This document shows positions 13,662-25,962 of a DNA stretch of 64,000 bases, piece after piece. Numbering within the stretch: position 1 is the stretch's first letter; every line of letters begins with the position of its first letter. The DNA lies in NCBI RefSeq assembly GCF_006345805.1, contig NC_043008.1, positions 44,144,001 through 44,208,000 on the forward strand, read 5' to 3'. Both the position numbers and the translations under genes were made by a program. The notes under the pieces are model-generated. The model did no database searches. It was given only the letters and a program-made list of their open reading frames with translations, and was not told the DNA's origin. Source of the DNA: Octopus sinensis. Its lineage: Eukaryota.

Positions 13662-13955
13662 TCTCCGTCGGTTGCGACGAAGTGTGTTCCAGTTGATCCT
13701 ATCAACAGAGCAGTATACTCGTGAAATTAACGTGCAAGTGGGTGAGTATTCCACAGAAAAGCGTGCCCTTCACGTAGTTTTCAGGGATATCCGGTGAGAG
13801 ACATAATGCGACAAGGATATAATATATCCCCAGTGAATTACAGGTACAACTCATTCATGCCGTGTCTTGCTCAAGGACACAACATGTCGCCGGGAATCGA
13901 ACTCGTGACCGTGCGACCATGAGACGAAGATCATGACAAGTAAATCATGCACTTT
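13662..13955 (-). mobile_element. SINE family C (tRNA-derived)
   Basis: Aligns in reverse to 47721-48042 (GAAATTAACGTGCAAGTGG, TTGCTCAAGGACAC, GGAATCGAACTC). Confidence 0.8.
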
Positions 13956-14684
13956 CACTTAACCAGGGTGCAAATATGACTAAAACTAAAAACATAGGCG
14001 CATAGGCGCCTAGAACAATTAGCAAACCATAGTACAGGTTAATGAAACCGTATTTTACTTACACGCGCGTGATGAGTGACTGCAATGTGCCATTCACTCC
14101 ATGTGTGTGACTTATATATTAAACTTTGAATCGTTGCTAAATTCTAATTCTAATTATAAATGTCATGAAAAGGCATTCAGTAGGTTTTTTTTTAATTTAT
14201 TATTTTTTTTCCGGTGATCCATTCATTAACGGAACGGAACATTTAGTTCAATCAGCCATTCGGTGCGCTTTCTAACAACACCTCTCATTTATTTTCTCAA
14301 ATTTGATATATTTAGCCTCAGCTATTCACTAAACAGCAGATGTGCCATTATTATTATTGTTAGTTGTAATAGTAGTATTGGTAGTAGTAGTAGTAGTTGT
14401 AGTAAAACTTCCAGGAATTAACTAAACTTTCTAAGGTTATAGAATCTCATCAAGAGATTCTTCTATTTAGAAGAATCTTTGGTCACGAAATATTCACCGC
14501 TTTAGGTAAATCGTTACTGACACACGATGGTTGCAGCTAGTGTGTGTGTGTGTGTGTGTGTGTGAGTTGCGGTTCATTCCGTCCGAATATGCTTACGACA
14601 TTGTGACGGTGATACATTTACAGCGAATACACTCAGATATTTACATATGTATACATATATGTGTGCATACACACACGCAAACAC

Positions 14685-14719
<35 letters not shown>

Positions 14720-14727
14720 CACATATA

Positions 14728-14774
<47 letters not shown>

Positions 14775-14863
14775 ATATGCGTATGGATTTAATGTACATT
14801 CAAACACATTTAAAAAACAGACAACACTACACACACCTACCATGTCTCTCTCTCTCTATATAT

Positions 14864-14902
<39 letters not shown>

Positions 14903-15273
14903 GATAGATAGATAGATAGTTATATATACATATATATAAATTTATACGTATATGCATGAACATGAGTGTGTGAGTGTGAGTGTGTGTTTGCGTGTATTAA
15001 CCTACGTAATTAATATATAGACATGTAAAATTTACATATACAGCCGTAGATTAAAATATATTAATCGGATCTCAACTCTTATTAGTGTCTCATCAGATGC
15101 ATCTGCATCATTTGAAGAAAGAGTTAAACACGGGGATTAACACTTCATCCCATATTAGATGCCAGGGAAGGAGAAATTATTGGTAAACCTACGCGAAAGA
15201 CACACAGACGTGTGAAAATTACGTTAGTTCCGTGCAATGAAAAAATGAGGAACAGCTTAAATCAAAATTCGAC

Positions 15274-15327
<54 letters not shown>

Positions 15328-16633
15328 CACATAAATAAAAAATACAAATATTTTGTGTACACACACACACTTGTCTATTCCAATGAAGTTTTAATTAAAC
15401 AAATTTAGTACCTTTATTATATATATTTATTTCTGAATTCTCACACCCTTCCCGTGGGGTGTACATGGAACGGTTCGAGTGAATCTGGTTTTATTTGGGA
15501 TAACTTTTGCAATAGGGCGGCAGCGGTTTACTGCATGGAAGCAGACAGGAACATTCAACCGGTAAGTTTATAAACACGGTAGGTTTTCTTGTATATATAT
15601 GAAAATAATTTGTCCAGAGAGAGCGAAATTTATAAATTTCGTATTCTTTACGTAATAATATAACCGTGGGCTTTTCTCGAAAGATGGAATAGCTCTGAGG
15701 ACACTAATTTAGAGTAATGCCGTATTCTTTACGATCCAAGTAATAGATCGATTGCGATTTTGCTGTACCATCAGTTTCAACTATATAGATGTGCAGAGTG
15801 CCTTTATTGGATGTTTGAACTAATAGAAATTATATATACTTAAATGTGGCTTTATGTGCAAGCGGGTATACATGTGTTTGTGTACCGTCTGTCCGAAATC
15901 CTGGTGTGTCTAATTTTTATAAAGTAGATGGAATGAAAATAACTTTTTTCCAAGTTAAATAATAGCCGGCTAATAGACTCGGGCGGAATAATAATGTTAG
16001 ATTTAATTTTGTAGAAATACACGTACGAATTATATATCATTTCCAACAATTTGTTTAAATCTAAGAAATGAATTCCAAATATCATTAGAACTTACGGAAG
16101 AATTCTGCTTTTTGTATTTGCTTTTAATGGTAAAGTTTTCCGTGCATTTCATTGAATATTTATTTTATTTTTATGCGTATTTAGCTTTGCTGAATAAATT
16201 TCATTTTGCGTTTTGCTTTATAGATAAATTGATAGAAATATAATAACATTTATTTAAAACATTTTATTGTCATCAAATTTGATTTCAAAATATGTACACG
16301 GGCTTCCACACACAACGACACACAAACACACACACGCGCATTTATTTTATCAAATAAAAACAGTTATGTGCACATATCCTGTATATTCATTATGTATACA
16401 TACATGTTGAATATTCATTATATATATTCACCTGTATATAAATATATATATATATATACTTATTTATATATAATAATTGTATTCACATATATTTTATCTA
16501 ATAAAAATGTGTTTAACAAAATATGTATTTATATGTGTGTATGTGTTTGTGTATGTGCATATATAGATATTTCTATGCATATATGTGTATATATATACAA
16601 ACATACACACACACACACATGCACACACACACA

Positions 16634-16731
<98 letters not shown>

Positions 16732-17083
16732 TATATATATATATATACACACATTAACACACAGAATCACACACATATATACGTATATAAAAATATATTC
16801 AAATAACTCCATTTTATTAGATAAATCTTCAAATGTTTATACTTAAATGTTGAAAACTTTGCGACGATAATTCAATAATCAATGCAAATAAATATATTGA
16901 TTTTCAAAAGATTCAGTGAAATTGTTTTAAACTAGTTTAAACGAGTGCTGTTAGTTAATGGAAAATATTAAAAAAAAAATTATCTGAAAACTATGCAGCA
17001 ATTTGGGATAATAAGCGATAAATGAACAACACGCTTCTGCCTACCTTCGCATGCAGGCGGGCGTTTAAGTGTAGGTGTATATG

Positions 17084-17193
17084 CATACATACATACATAC
17101 ATACATACATACATACATACATACATACATACATACATACATACATACATACATACATACATACATACATACATACATACATACATACATACA
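17084..17193. repeat. (ATAC)n microsatellite
   Basis: Direct reading. Confidence 0.95.
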
Positions 17194-17346
17194 TGTATAT
17201 TAATATATATATGTGTGTGTTATTTATATTTTATCTATAAATTTCTAAACTTGCTAACCAATCTTTTATTAACATGGTTATTATTAATGTTAGTGGTACT
17301 TATATATATATATATATATAATATGTGACAATTATTCGGTAGCCAA

Positions 17347-17407
17347 GATAAAACTCCGGGTTTCAGATGCCGAGGTGGAAATCCACGCCACCATCTCTTC
17401 AGTTATC
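17347..17407 (-). ncRNA. Type I hammerhead ribozyme motif, left arm
   Basis: GAUAA-CUGAAGA-GAUG..GUGG AUUU CCAC..CAUC-U-GAAAC-CCGGA-GUU-UUAUC. Stem I is GAUAA/UUAUC, the core is intact and the triplet is GUU. Confidence 0.7.
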
Positions 17408-17536
17408 CGGCCATCGGAAAAAACGCTATGAATTATTTTTCAGAATTCAATATGGACGCCTATTACATCGATTATTCTATGAAAAAACCTACCTATACCA
17501 TCAAGGGGATTTTTTCATACAGTTTTTCGATGGACG

Positions 17537-17597
17537 GATAACTGAAGAGATGGTGCCGTGGATTTCCACATCACCATCCGAAACTCGAAGTTTTATC
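17537..17597 (+). ncRNA. Type I hammerhead ribozyme motif, right arm
   Basis: GAUAA-CUGAAGA-GAUGGUG cc GUGG AUUU CCAC au CACCAUC-C-GAAAC-UCGAA-GUU-UUAUC. Predicted cleavage is after 17592. Confidence 0.75.
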
Positions 17598-17737
17598 TCG
17601 GTTACCGAATAATTGTCACATATTACATAAATTCCTCTATCTACATAATATCGAAGTCCCTTTCATTCTTTTGTCATCTTACCGTTTTTATCAATACATA
17701 CACACACACACACACACACACACATACACACATACAA

Positions 17738-17799
<62 letters not shown>

Positions 17800-18078
17800 T
17801 AATTTTCTTTTTCAGAATGAGGTAAAAAAATCAAAGGCTGTGAAGATTTTACAACATTTATAAATAAGACCTATTTATAAATGTTCTAAAATCTTCACAG
17901 CCTTCGTTTTTATTTCTCATTCTGAAAAAACAATTATATATGAACACGCTGATATATGACCTACGTTGGACTCCTTATTCCATAACCACCGAACCTGGAG
18001 CTTAACTATATTCTGACCTTAGCACTTACTCAGCATTACCTGACACCTTTGTCTCTTATTGACACCATTACCTCTCCT

Positions 18079-18132
<54 letters not shown>

Positions 18133-18135
<3 letters not shown>

Positions 18136-18338
18136 TATCCAAACAAGAAAACACAAAAAAACACAACAACGCGAGGACTTGGAACAAATAAAGTATTATT
18201 GGACGCTCAGGAAAGAAGGGAAGAAGGAGGTTTTAACGTTTCGAGCGGAGCTCTTCGTCGGAAACATAGGAGAAGGAAAGATACCGAGAAGGGAAGACAG
18301 AGGAAAAAAAAATCGCCAGCGGTACTCACGATGTCACA
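18133..18338 (-). mobile_element. Hammerhead-bearing short element, family HH1 (copy with U4->C in the core)
   Basis: Homologous to 38504-38713 and 53342-53503. Flanked by (TA)n/(CA)n. The motif at 18230-18265 reads GUUU-CCGACGA-A-GAGC UCC GCUC-GAAACGUU-AAAAC. Confidence 0.85.
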
Positions 18339-18345
18339 CACACAC

Positions 18346-18384
<39 letters not shown>

Positions 18385-18446
18385 CGTAATACGTAAAAAG
18401 TAAAAGAGTCCAACGGAAGAGTAAGTACGATTAGGCAGCTTTTTAA

Positions 18447-18569
18447 TTACTACAAATATTTCGAAACATACAGATCCTCTTATATGCAGGATTTCAAGTA
18501 AAGTTTAAAGTTAAAATTTGTAACGATTTACCTGTATAAGGAGATCAATATATATATCTTCTCAGGCAA
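18447..18569 (-). ncRNA. Degenerate hammerhead with a long stem II
   Basis: UUGC-CUGAGAA-[~30-bp imperfect stem II]-GAAAUAUUUGUA-GUAA. Stems I, II and III all pair, and the core is one change from functional. Confidence 0.5.
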
Positions 18570-18735
18570 GACTCAGTTGCTGTCTCCGTAATTAAATCTA
18601 GATTTCCATGCTACAACATCCATGGCTTCTCTGAAACTAACAAACGCTGACGGTTTCAATTCGCTCGGTATGAGTGTGTCATCACGTTCGACATGAGCTG
18701 CAATGTGCACGTTGACTGTTTATTTATTCAGTTTC

Positions 18736-19134
18736 AAGAGTGTCTATGTAGTAAGTAGCTTGCTTACCAACCATATAGTTCCGGGTTCAGTCCCACTGCG
18801 TGGCACCTTCGCCAAGTGTCTTCTACTATAGCTTCGGGCCGACCAAAGCCTTGTGAGTGGATTTAGTAGATGGAAACTGAAAGAAGCCCGCCGTATATAT
18901 GTATATGTATATATGAATGTGTGTGTGTGTGTGTGACTGTGCTTGTCCCCCAGCATTACTTCACAACAGATGCTGGTGTGTTTACGTTCCCGTGACTGAG
19001 CTGTTCGGCAAAAGGAACCGATAGAATAACTACTAGGCTTACCAAGAATAAGTCCTGGGGTCGATTTGCTCGACTAAAGGCGGTGCTCCAGCATGGTCAG
19101 TGAAATGACTGAAACATGTAAAGGAGTAAAAGAG
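18736..19134 (+). mobile_element. SINE family B, full length
   Basis: Head, core, internal TA/TG repeat and tail as in the other copies. Confidence 0.92.
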
Positions 19135-19250
19135 TTATTCTGCACACGCCAAACTGTACCATTACGCAAAATACATTCAGCTATTAGCTCATACTTACAA
19201 AGTAACTTACACACCGATATACCATACATCACTGAATGTCCCCATACATT

Positions 19251-19281
<31 letters not shown>

Positions 19282-19404
19282 TCACACGCAGACACGTACA
19301 CACATACATACATATATATATATATATATAATATATATTAAGGGTGAACGATCTCTATTTGTAATCTTATACGTTCTTAACAGAACACACCTCAACTATA
19401 TATA

Positions 19405-19603
19405 TATATATTAGAAGAAATGAGGTAATCAGAAGATCGGATGGTTCATATTTACAGATATTTATTTATATATTACATATATATCATATCATTCAGATCT
19501 GAATGATATGATATATATGTAAAAAATGTAATATATGAATAAATAAATATCTGTAAATATGACCCATCCGATCTTCTGATTACCTCATTTCTTCTAATAT
19601 ATA
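19405..19603. repeat. Loop-less ~200-bp fold-back palindrome in a TA tract
   Basis: Centre ATTCAGA|TCTGAAT at 19497/19498; the arms match out to TATTAGAAGAAATGAGGTAATCAGAAGATCGGATGG. Confidence 0.92.
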
Positions 19604-19632
19604 ATACCTGTACATCATCTCCAAACCTTCCA

Positions 19633-19714
<82 letters not shown>

Positions 19715-19717
<3 letters not shown>

Positions 19718-19880
19718 TAAGATATTTCGTCTGCCTCTATGTTCTGAGTACAAATTCTGCTGAGGTCGACTTGCCTTTTAACCTTTCGGGGTCGATAAAT
19801 TAAGTTGCGTACTGGGATCGATCAAATCGACTGGACCCCGCCACCAAAATTTCGGGCCTTGTAGCTAGAGTAGAAAAGGT
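19715..19880 (+). mobile_element. SINE family A, headless unit with alternative tail 2
   Basis: Starts at TATTTCGTC and ends ...AAAATTTCGGGCCTTGTAGCTAGAGTAGAAAAG. Confidence 0.8.
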
Positions 19881-20607
19881 TATAATTTCTTTTATTATTT
19901 GTGGATGTGGAAGGTGTGAAAAAATCCTACAATACACGTGTTTATTCCGTTACATTCTCTAGAAAAGAAAACACTCGTTATTGAAGTTCTTCATTCTGAG
20001 TGTCATAATCGATAGTGCTTAAATGCATTTGAAGTATTTAATTTCTAAGGACACTTTGTATTTAAAAAAAGAAATCATTTGTATGCATTTGATAGAAAAT
20101 AAAACAATGTAATAATTTGAATTCTTTTGACATGTAATCACAGGGAAATAAAATCCGAACAAAACCTCATAAATGACACATTAGATAAAAAAAAATATAT
20201 ATCACAAAAATTGATTTCAAAATATAATAAAATGTGATAATTCTCTAATTTTCTTTACATCTCTTTGGTTTGAAGACATTATAAGACAACTGTCAAATGA
20301 TTTGTAAACAAATGTGACGAAATAAAAATCTAAAATTAACATATATCGTTTGCATCGTAAAATATTTATTGCTTAAAGGAAATAATTTTAAAGTAGAGAA
20401 TAAAATAAAATAGAAAGATTTTGATGAAGGGAACTAATAACAATTTAACGGAGCAAATTTTTAAAAAATACTGGAAGAAGTGAGAGAAAGAAAGAAAGAG
20501 TGCGGTGGAGGAAAGGTATTTTATTGTATATAAATAACGATTTAAGAGGTACTAAACAAGAGAAATAATACAGATGTGACATGTATAAACACACACATAC
20601 TCACAAA

Positions 20608-20715
<108 letters not shown>

Positions 20716-21277
20716 AAGAGCAACTAATAGTTTTATGATATTCTGATATATTGACTAGACATATTTATGAAATCCGCCGTCTCCACGGGAAATCAACATC
20801 GAAGCGACGTTGGGGATTTTGCATTAAGTAAGGCTTATGTCTAAGAGGACCTAAATTCGGGGCGTCTTCCTTCTTGTTTCATACTAGTACCTCCCCAATC
20901 AAACTCTCCAACAGTCCGCCCCAAACAAAGCTCTCTGAATGGACCCCCTAGCAACACAACAAATAAACATCCCTCTGCACGGTGATGATGTTGATGACCC
21001 TTCTCAACAGAGTGAGCAAAGGAATTAGGGATGCAGTGATTTTCCAATGTCGCAATCGCGCGCTTTATCCCAACGTGAGACCGGGTTATAGTTAAACGTG
21101 TGCAATGGCGACAAAGCTGACGACAGCAACCCATTTATAATGTGTAGGTAGGTGTATATCTATATACATACTTCTTTCAGGCGTTACATTTCCAGATCTA
21201 ATGTCTGAAACTGAAGAGCTTCTGTAAGAGACCTTCGAAACTGTTAGTCGCAGGGAACCGAATCAGACTATCATAAA

Positions 21278-21318
<41 letters not shown>

Positions 21319-21322
21319 TATC

Positions 21323-21365
<43 letters not shown>

Positions 21366-22127
21366 TACACTCTTACTACTTGTAAAACTTTTGTAAAGAA
21401 AATCAACAAGATTATCTCCACCACTAGTTTCAGCAATCTATGTAAGTACCGTTGCCATATTTATCCAATATATTTGTCTGTTACATCACAACTCTAAGTC
21501 AACAGTATCGAGATATTGATATACTGCTAATTAAATTTTAACTGCGAGAAAATTATGTCTCCGATGGCGCAAACAGAATGTTACATAATGTGAATGTTAT
21601 TCCAGAAATCTGCCATAGACAGTGAAATATTTCGATATATCGTTACCTTCAGCCATTTAAAAACACGATAAGCAAAGTAAGGCTTCATTATTAGAAGTCC
21701 ACAAAATACAAATATGAACTTCAGGATTTAGAATGTAATATATATGTGTGTATGTATGTATGCATGCGTGTTTGTATGTATGTATCTAGCTATATAATTT
21801 GTTTATGTATGTATATACACAGGTAATACAGACGCACATATATAGACAGAATAGATAAATATGTATGTGTTGGTGTGTGTGGCGGGGAGGTAGCTTAAAT
21901 CTTTTTTTCGAAATTTCGCCAAATTTGCAAACTGAAATGCGTATGCGGAAACACAGAAGGAAAACAGTTAATATTTGAAGTTGCATCTCTTAGCCGTTTC
22001 GGGTTTAGAACCCCTTCATCTAGTCACATGCAGAAATAGGAGATAATATAGAAATGCTACGTTTGCATGCATTTTTGGAGAGGGTTGTGACATACGCAAA
22101 CAAGGCGTTACTATAGAAACTAGATAA

Positions 22128-22358
22128 GGCGGTGAGCTGGCAGAAACGTTAGCCCGCCGGGCGAAATGCGTAGACGTATTTCGTCTGTCGTTATGTTCCG
22201 AGTTCAAATTCCGCCGAGGTCGACTTTGCCGTTCATTCTTTCGGGATAGATAAATTAAGTACCAGTTACGCTCTGGGGTCGATGTCGTCGACTTAATCCC
22301 TTTGTCTGTCCTTATTTTTCCCCTCTGTGTTTAGCCTCTTGTGGGTAGTAAAGAAATA
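22128..22358 (+). mobile_element. SINE family A, full-length monomer
   Basis: Complete head, B-box, core and tail 1. Confidence 0.92.
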
Positions 22359-24919
22359 AAAATAGTATCTAGACCTTCACATGTAGCTCTTGTTTCTTGT
22401 TTAATGAAGCTTTATACTTATTAAGATAGCTTTTCGGACTCTAATCTTGCCTATCTTGCGTTCTAAGCCTGTAATTTTCACATTAATATCCTTTGTCTGG
22501 CAGCTAAGCAAATGTTTATAAACTGTAGTTTTTTTCTACCTTTACAGTGCAATTTATAACTTGAGCCTAATCGAAACACAAACAGCGAACCTTTCATCCA
22601 CCACTACAGCAATGAAGTACTATCACTCCGTACTTTCCTCATTTTGGGGCTGAATCTAAGTGCAATAAGCATAAGATTAGTTGTGATTTCTCAGCCACGG
22701 ATGCTCCTCAGAAAAGATAACATAGTGGATAACGTGTCTTGCCTCTTCAATTCTGGTGTATAGCTTCGGCATCGTGAGAACTAGTGATGATAAAGCTTAA
22801 CATCATATGAGACAAACAAAAATCAGAGCGTAAATAGACATGGATTCCATATTTAACTACGAGTGCTATCTATAAATATAGAGCAAGATCACTGGGTGAA
22901 ATTCCATAGTTGGTAGACGATACATATAGTTGGTAGGCGAAAGGACTCGTGTAAAATTGATACATGCTGTGTTATATCTTACTGGTGTCAGAAATATTTT
23001 CATTTTAAATGTTATATATAAAGAGATTTTTTTCTAATCTGTATCGCCGTTCCATACTTTTGAGACAGTAAAATGAATTTTGCGGATAATTTAACTGATA
23101 TTTCTTGGAACCTGTTTCCTACACAGAGTCTCACTTGTTGGCACCCAAAATAGAGGTTTCGAGGAAAGGGTTTGTTTGTGATAGATTTGCAGGAGATTAG
23201 CTTCCTTGGGGAGGTATTAAATCTTCAGATCTACACCTCCATGCTCAGAATATAATGGCCATCATGCCTAGAATATATCAATATAGCTTTACACTTATCG
23301 TTCACATTGTTATTTCGATAAAAATATAATGTTGCTATTCAGGTTTTTCGCGGATGCTAAATTTATTTTTTCTGATAAGAACTACTAATTTTGCTGTTTT
23401 ATAATCTACAGTTCTTCGCAGTAAACATAGCATATATAAATGTTCTTTAATATTCTTCTTACACTGAGGAATACTGTTGTTCTCGATTTACAATCTCTGT
23501 ATTGATAAATCCAATACAACGTTTACGTTTTTCTTAATTTTCTTACCAGTTTTCATAGTTACATAATTGTTGTGTGTAAGCAGCTACAATCGTTCTTTAT
23601 GCTAGACTAATTTAAACACGTAATTTACTCAAAGGAAATCTTTGTTGTTTCGTTACCAATAATGCAATGTTTCCGGAGCCACTTTTTCGTATTTGAAAAC
23701 ATAACATAGCAGTAATCTAACAGGCTTAGGAATATGCATTAGTTTCTGATATGAGATATTGGCTCTTTTTTTTTATTATTATTGAAATTGGGAAAATATA
23801 ATTTGTATTAAGCTTTGAATATGAACATTAAAAATTATCAATCGTATGAAGTTCCAAACAATAGTCTCAGCAGGAATTTGAATAAAACCTTCAATCCTTG
23901 TCATAGTAATTTATCTCCATATTGTGTTTTATTCCGAATCGTAAAAGACAAGAAAAAATCCATTTTATTGCGTTTTAAAAATCAATTTATAATCAATTAT
24001 TCCGAAAACGATCAGAGTCGTGAGATAAGAAAATGAACCAAATTGTGTGAACAGAAAAGGGAAGAAAGGGTGAGAATCCAATGAGACAAGGAGAGAAAGA
24101 CACAAAGAGAGAAAGAGGGAGGGGAGAGGGAGAAAGGTAATAGGAAGTAAAAGCATATGAAGCGCAAAAGAAGAAAATGCGCAAATTCCTGCGGAACCAT
24201 ATTTTGCATGTAATACGATTGTATTTAAACAAGGTATTAGCGAAAAATATTTTAATATTTATATATTAAATCATAAGGTGTATGCATATGTGTGTGTCTC
24301 AACTGTTGTTCATTATATGTTAAATTATGCATGCATCTGCATGTATATGTGACTATCGTAAGTCTACCTCTGATCGAGTATCTTAAGCCATTCCATCAAT
24401 GACATTCCAACCTGCCGTCTATACAAACAATATTATCGAACTGACATCTGACGATGTGAGATTTATCTTCAAGGACACAAAGTTGAAATAAATCAGAGCT
24501 TTCATGAAGATTTCCATCATTTTAGTAGTTAGACTATTTTTAGGGCAATGTCTGTAGATGAGATCAAATATTTGTCGGCATTGATCCGAATCTGTTGATA
24601 GATTCTGTGTAGATTTTACTTTTGTTTTCCATCGTTGCAGAGGTTAAATTGTGAATGGGGTATCGGATTAAAACTACACTAAGTAACAAGTGAGAAGAAA
24701 CGTGGCCTGCTCGTTGGTATGTTGTGTTCATTATCGCAAATGAGTGTGAACTCTTCTTGGACCAGGCAGTGCTTAGTGTCTTTGTGCAAGGGGATTCGTT
24801 TCAAATTACTCCAATCATAAAGTCGTGGGTTCAAATCCTTGAAGCAAAGGTGTATTAGTTCCTTGAGTAAAGCGCTTACTTTCAAGTTGACCCATTCTAT
24901 TCTACTGAAAATTAATATT

Positions 24920-25686
24920 TATTTCTTTATTGCCCAGAGGGAGCTAAACATAGAGGGGACAAATACTTACAGACAAAAAGATTAAGTCGTTTACATTGAC
25001 TCTAGTGTGCAGCTGGTACTTATTTAATCGACCCTGAAAGGATGAAAGGCAAAGTCAACCTCGGCACAATTCGAACTCAAAATGTAACGGCAGAGGAAAT
25101 ACCTACTTCTTTACTACCTACAAGGGGCTAAACACAGAGAGGACAAACAAGGACAGTCAAACGGATTAAGTCTATTATAGCGACCCCAGTGCGAAACTGG
25201 TACTTATTTAATTGACCGCGAAAGGATGAAAGGCAAAGTAGACCTCAGCGGAATTTGAACTCGGAAATACCTATTTCTTTACTACCCTCAAGGGGCTAAA
25301 CACAGAGGGGACAAACAAGGACAGACAAAGGGATTAAGTCGATTATATCGACCCCAGTGCGTAAATGGTACTTATTTAATCGACCCCGAATTGATGAAAG
25401 GCAAAGTCGACCTCGGTGGAATTTGAACTCAGAACGTAGCGGCAGCCGAAATACCTATTTCTTTATTACCCACAAGGGGCTAAACATAGAGGGGACAAAC
25501 AAGGACAGACATAGGTATTAAGTCGATTATATCGACCCCAGAGCGTAACTGGTACTTAATTTATCGACCCCGAAAGGATGAAAGGCAAAGTTGACCTCGG
25601 CGGAATTTGAACTCACAACGTAACGACAGACGAAATACCGCTAAGCATTTCATCCGGCGTGCTAACGTTTCTGCCAGCTCGCGGCC
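24920..25686 (-). mobile_element. SINE family A tetramer (one head plus four ~185-bp body-tail units)
   Basis: Four head-to-tail units joined at AAAGAAATAG|GTATTTC. A 17-bp TSD TACTGAAAAT(T/G)AATATT lies at 24903-24919 and 25688-25704. Confidence 0.92.
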
Positions 25687-25838
25687 TTACTGAAAATGAA
25701 TATTAGATGACCGTTGGTGCAGCAGGCTCACGTCCTGGGTATCAAAATTTCAAGCGGATTAAAGTAAAGTGTAGCTTCTAATAATGTAGTCTTGATGTGT
25801 TTTTTTACGACAGCCTTGCATAAATACGTATATGCGTG

Positions 25839-25888
<50 letters not shown>

Positions 25889-25962
25889 TGTGTGTACACA
25901 TATACATACACACATACATATATATGTATGTACAGAGATCGAGCGATCAATAGATAGACAGA

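Larger units (their letters stand above)
17320..17624. mobile_element. Fold-back element with ~110-bp inverted arms, each carrying a hammerhead motif (PLE pLTR-like)
   Basis: Arms begin AATATGTGACAATTATTCGGT and end ACCGAATAATTGTCACATATT; the left arm abuts a TA tract. Confidence 0.85.

Noticed and set aside
15085-15110. Other CUGANGA heptamers (e.g. 15099 -, 22706 -, 24447 +, 48122 -, 55287 +)
   Set aside because: No downstream GAAA with compatible stems I-III.
24920-25686. Regular ~185-bp repeats resembling a CRISPR array or satellite
   Set aside because: There are no unique spacers. The units are SINE bodies in eukaryotic DNA.
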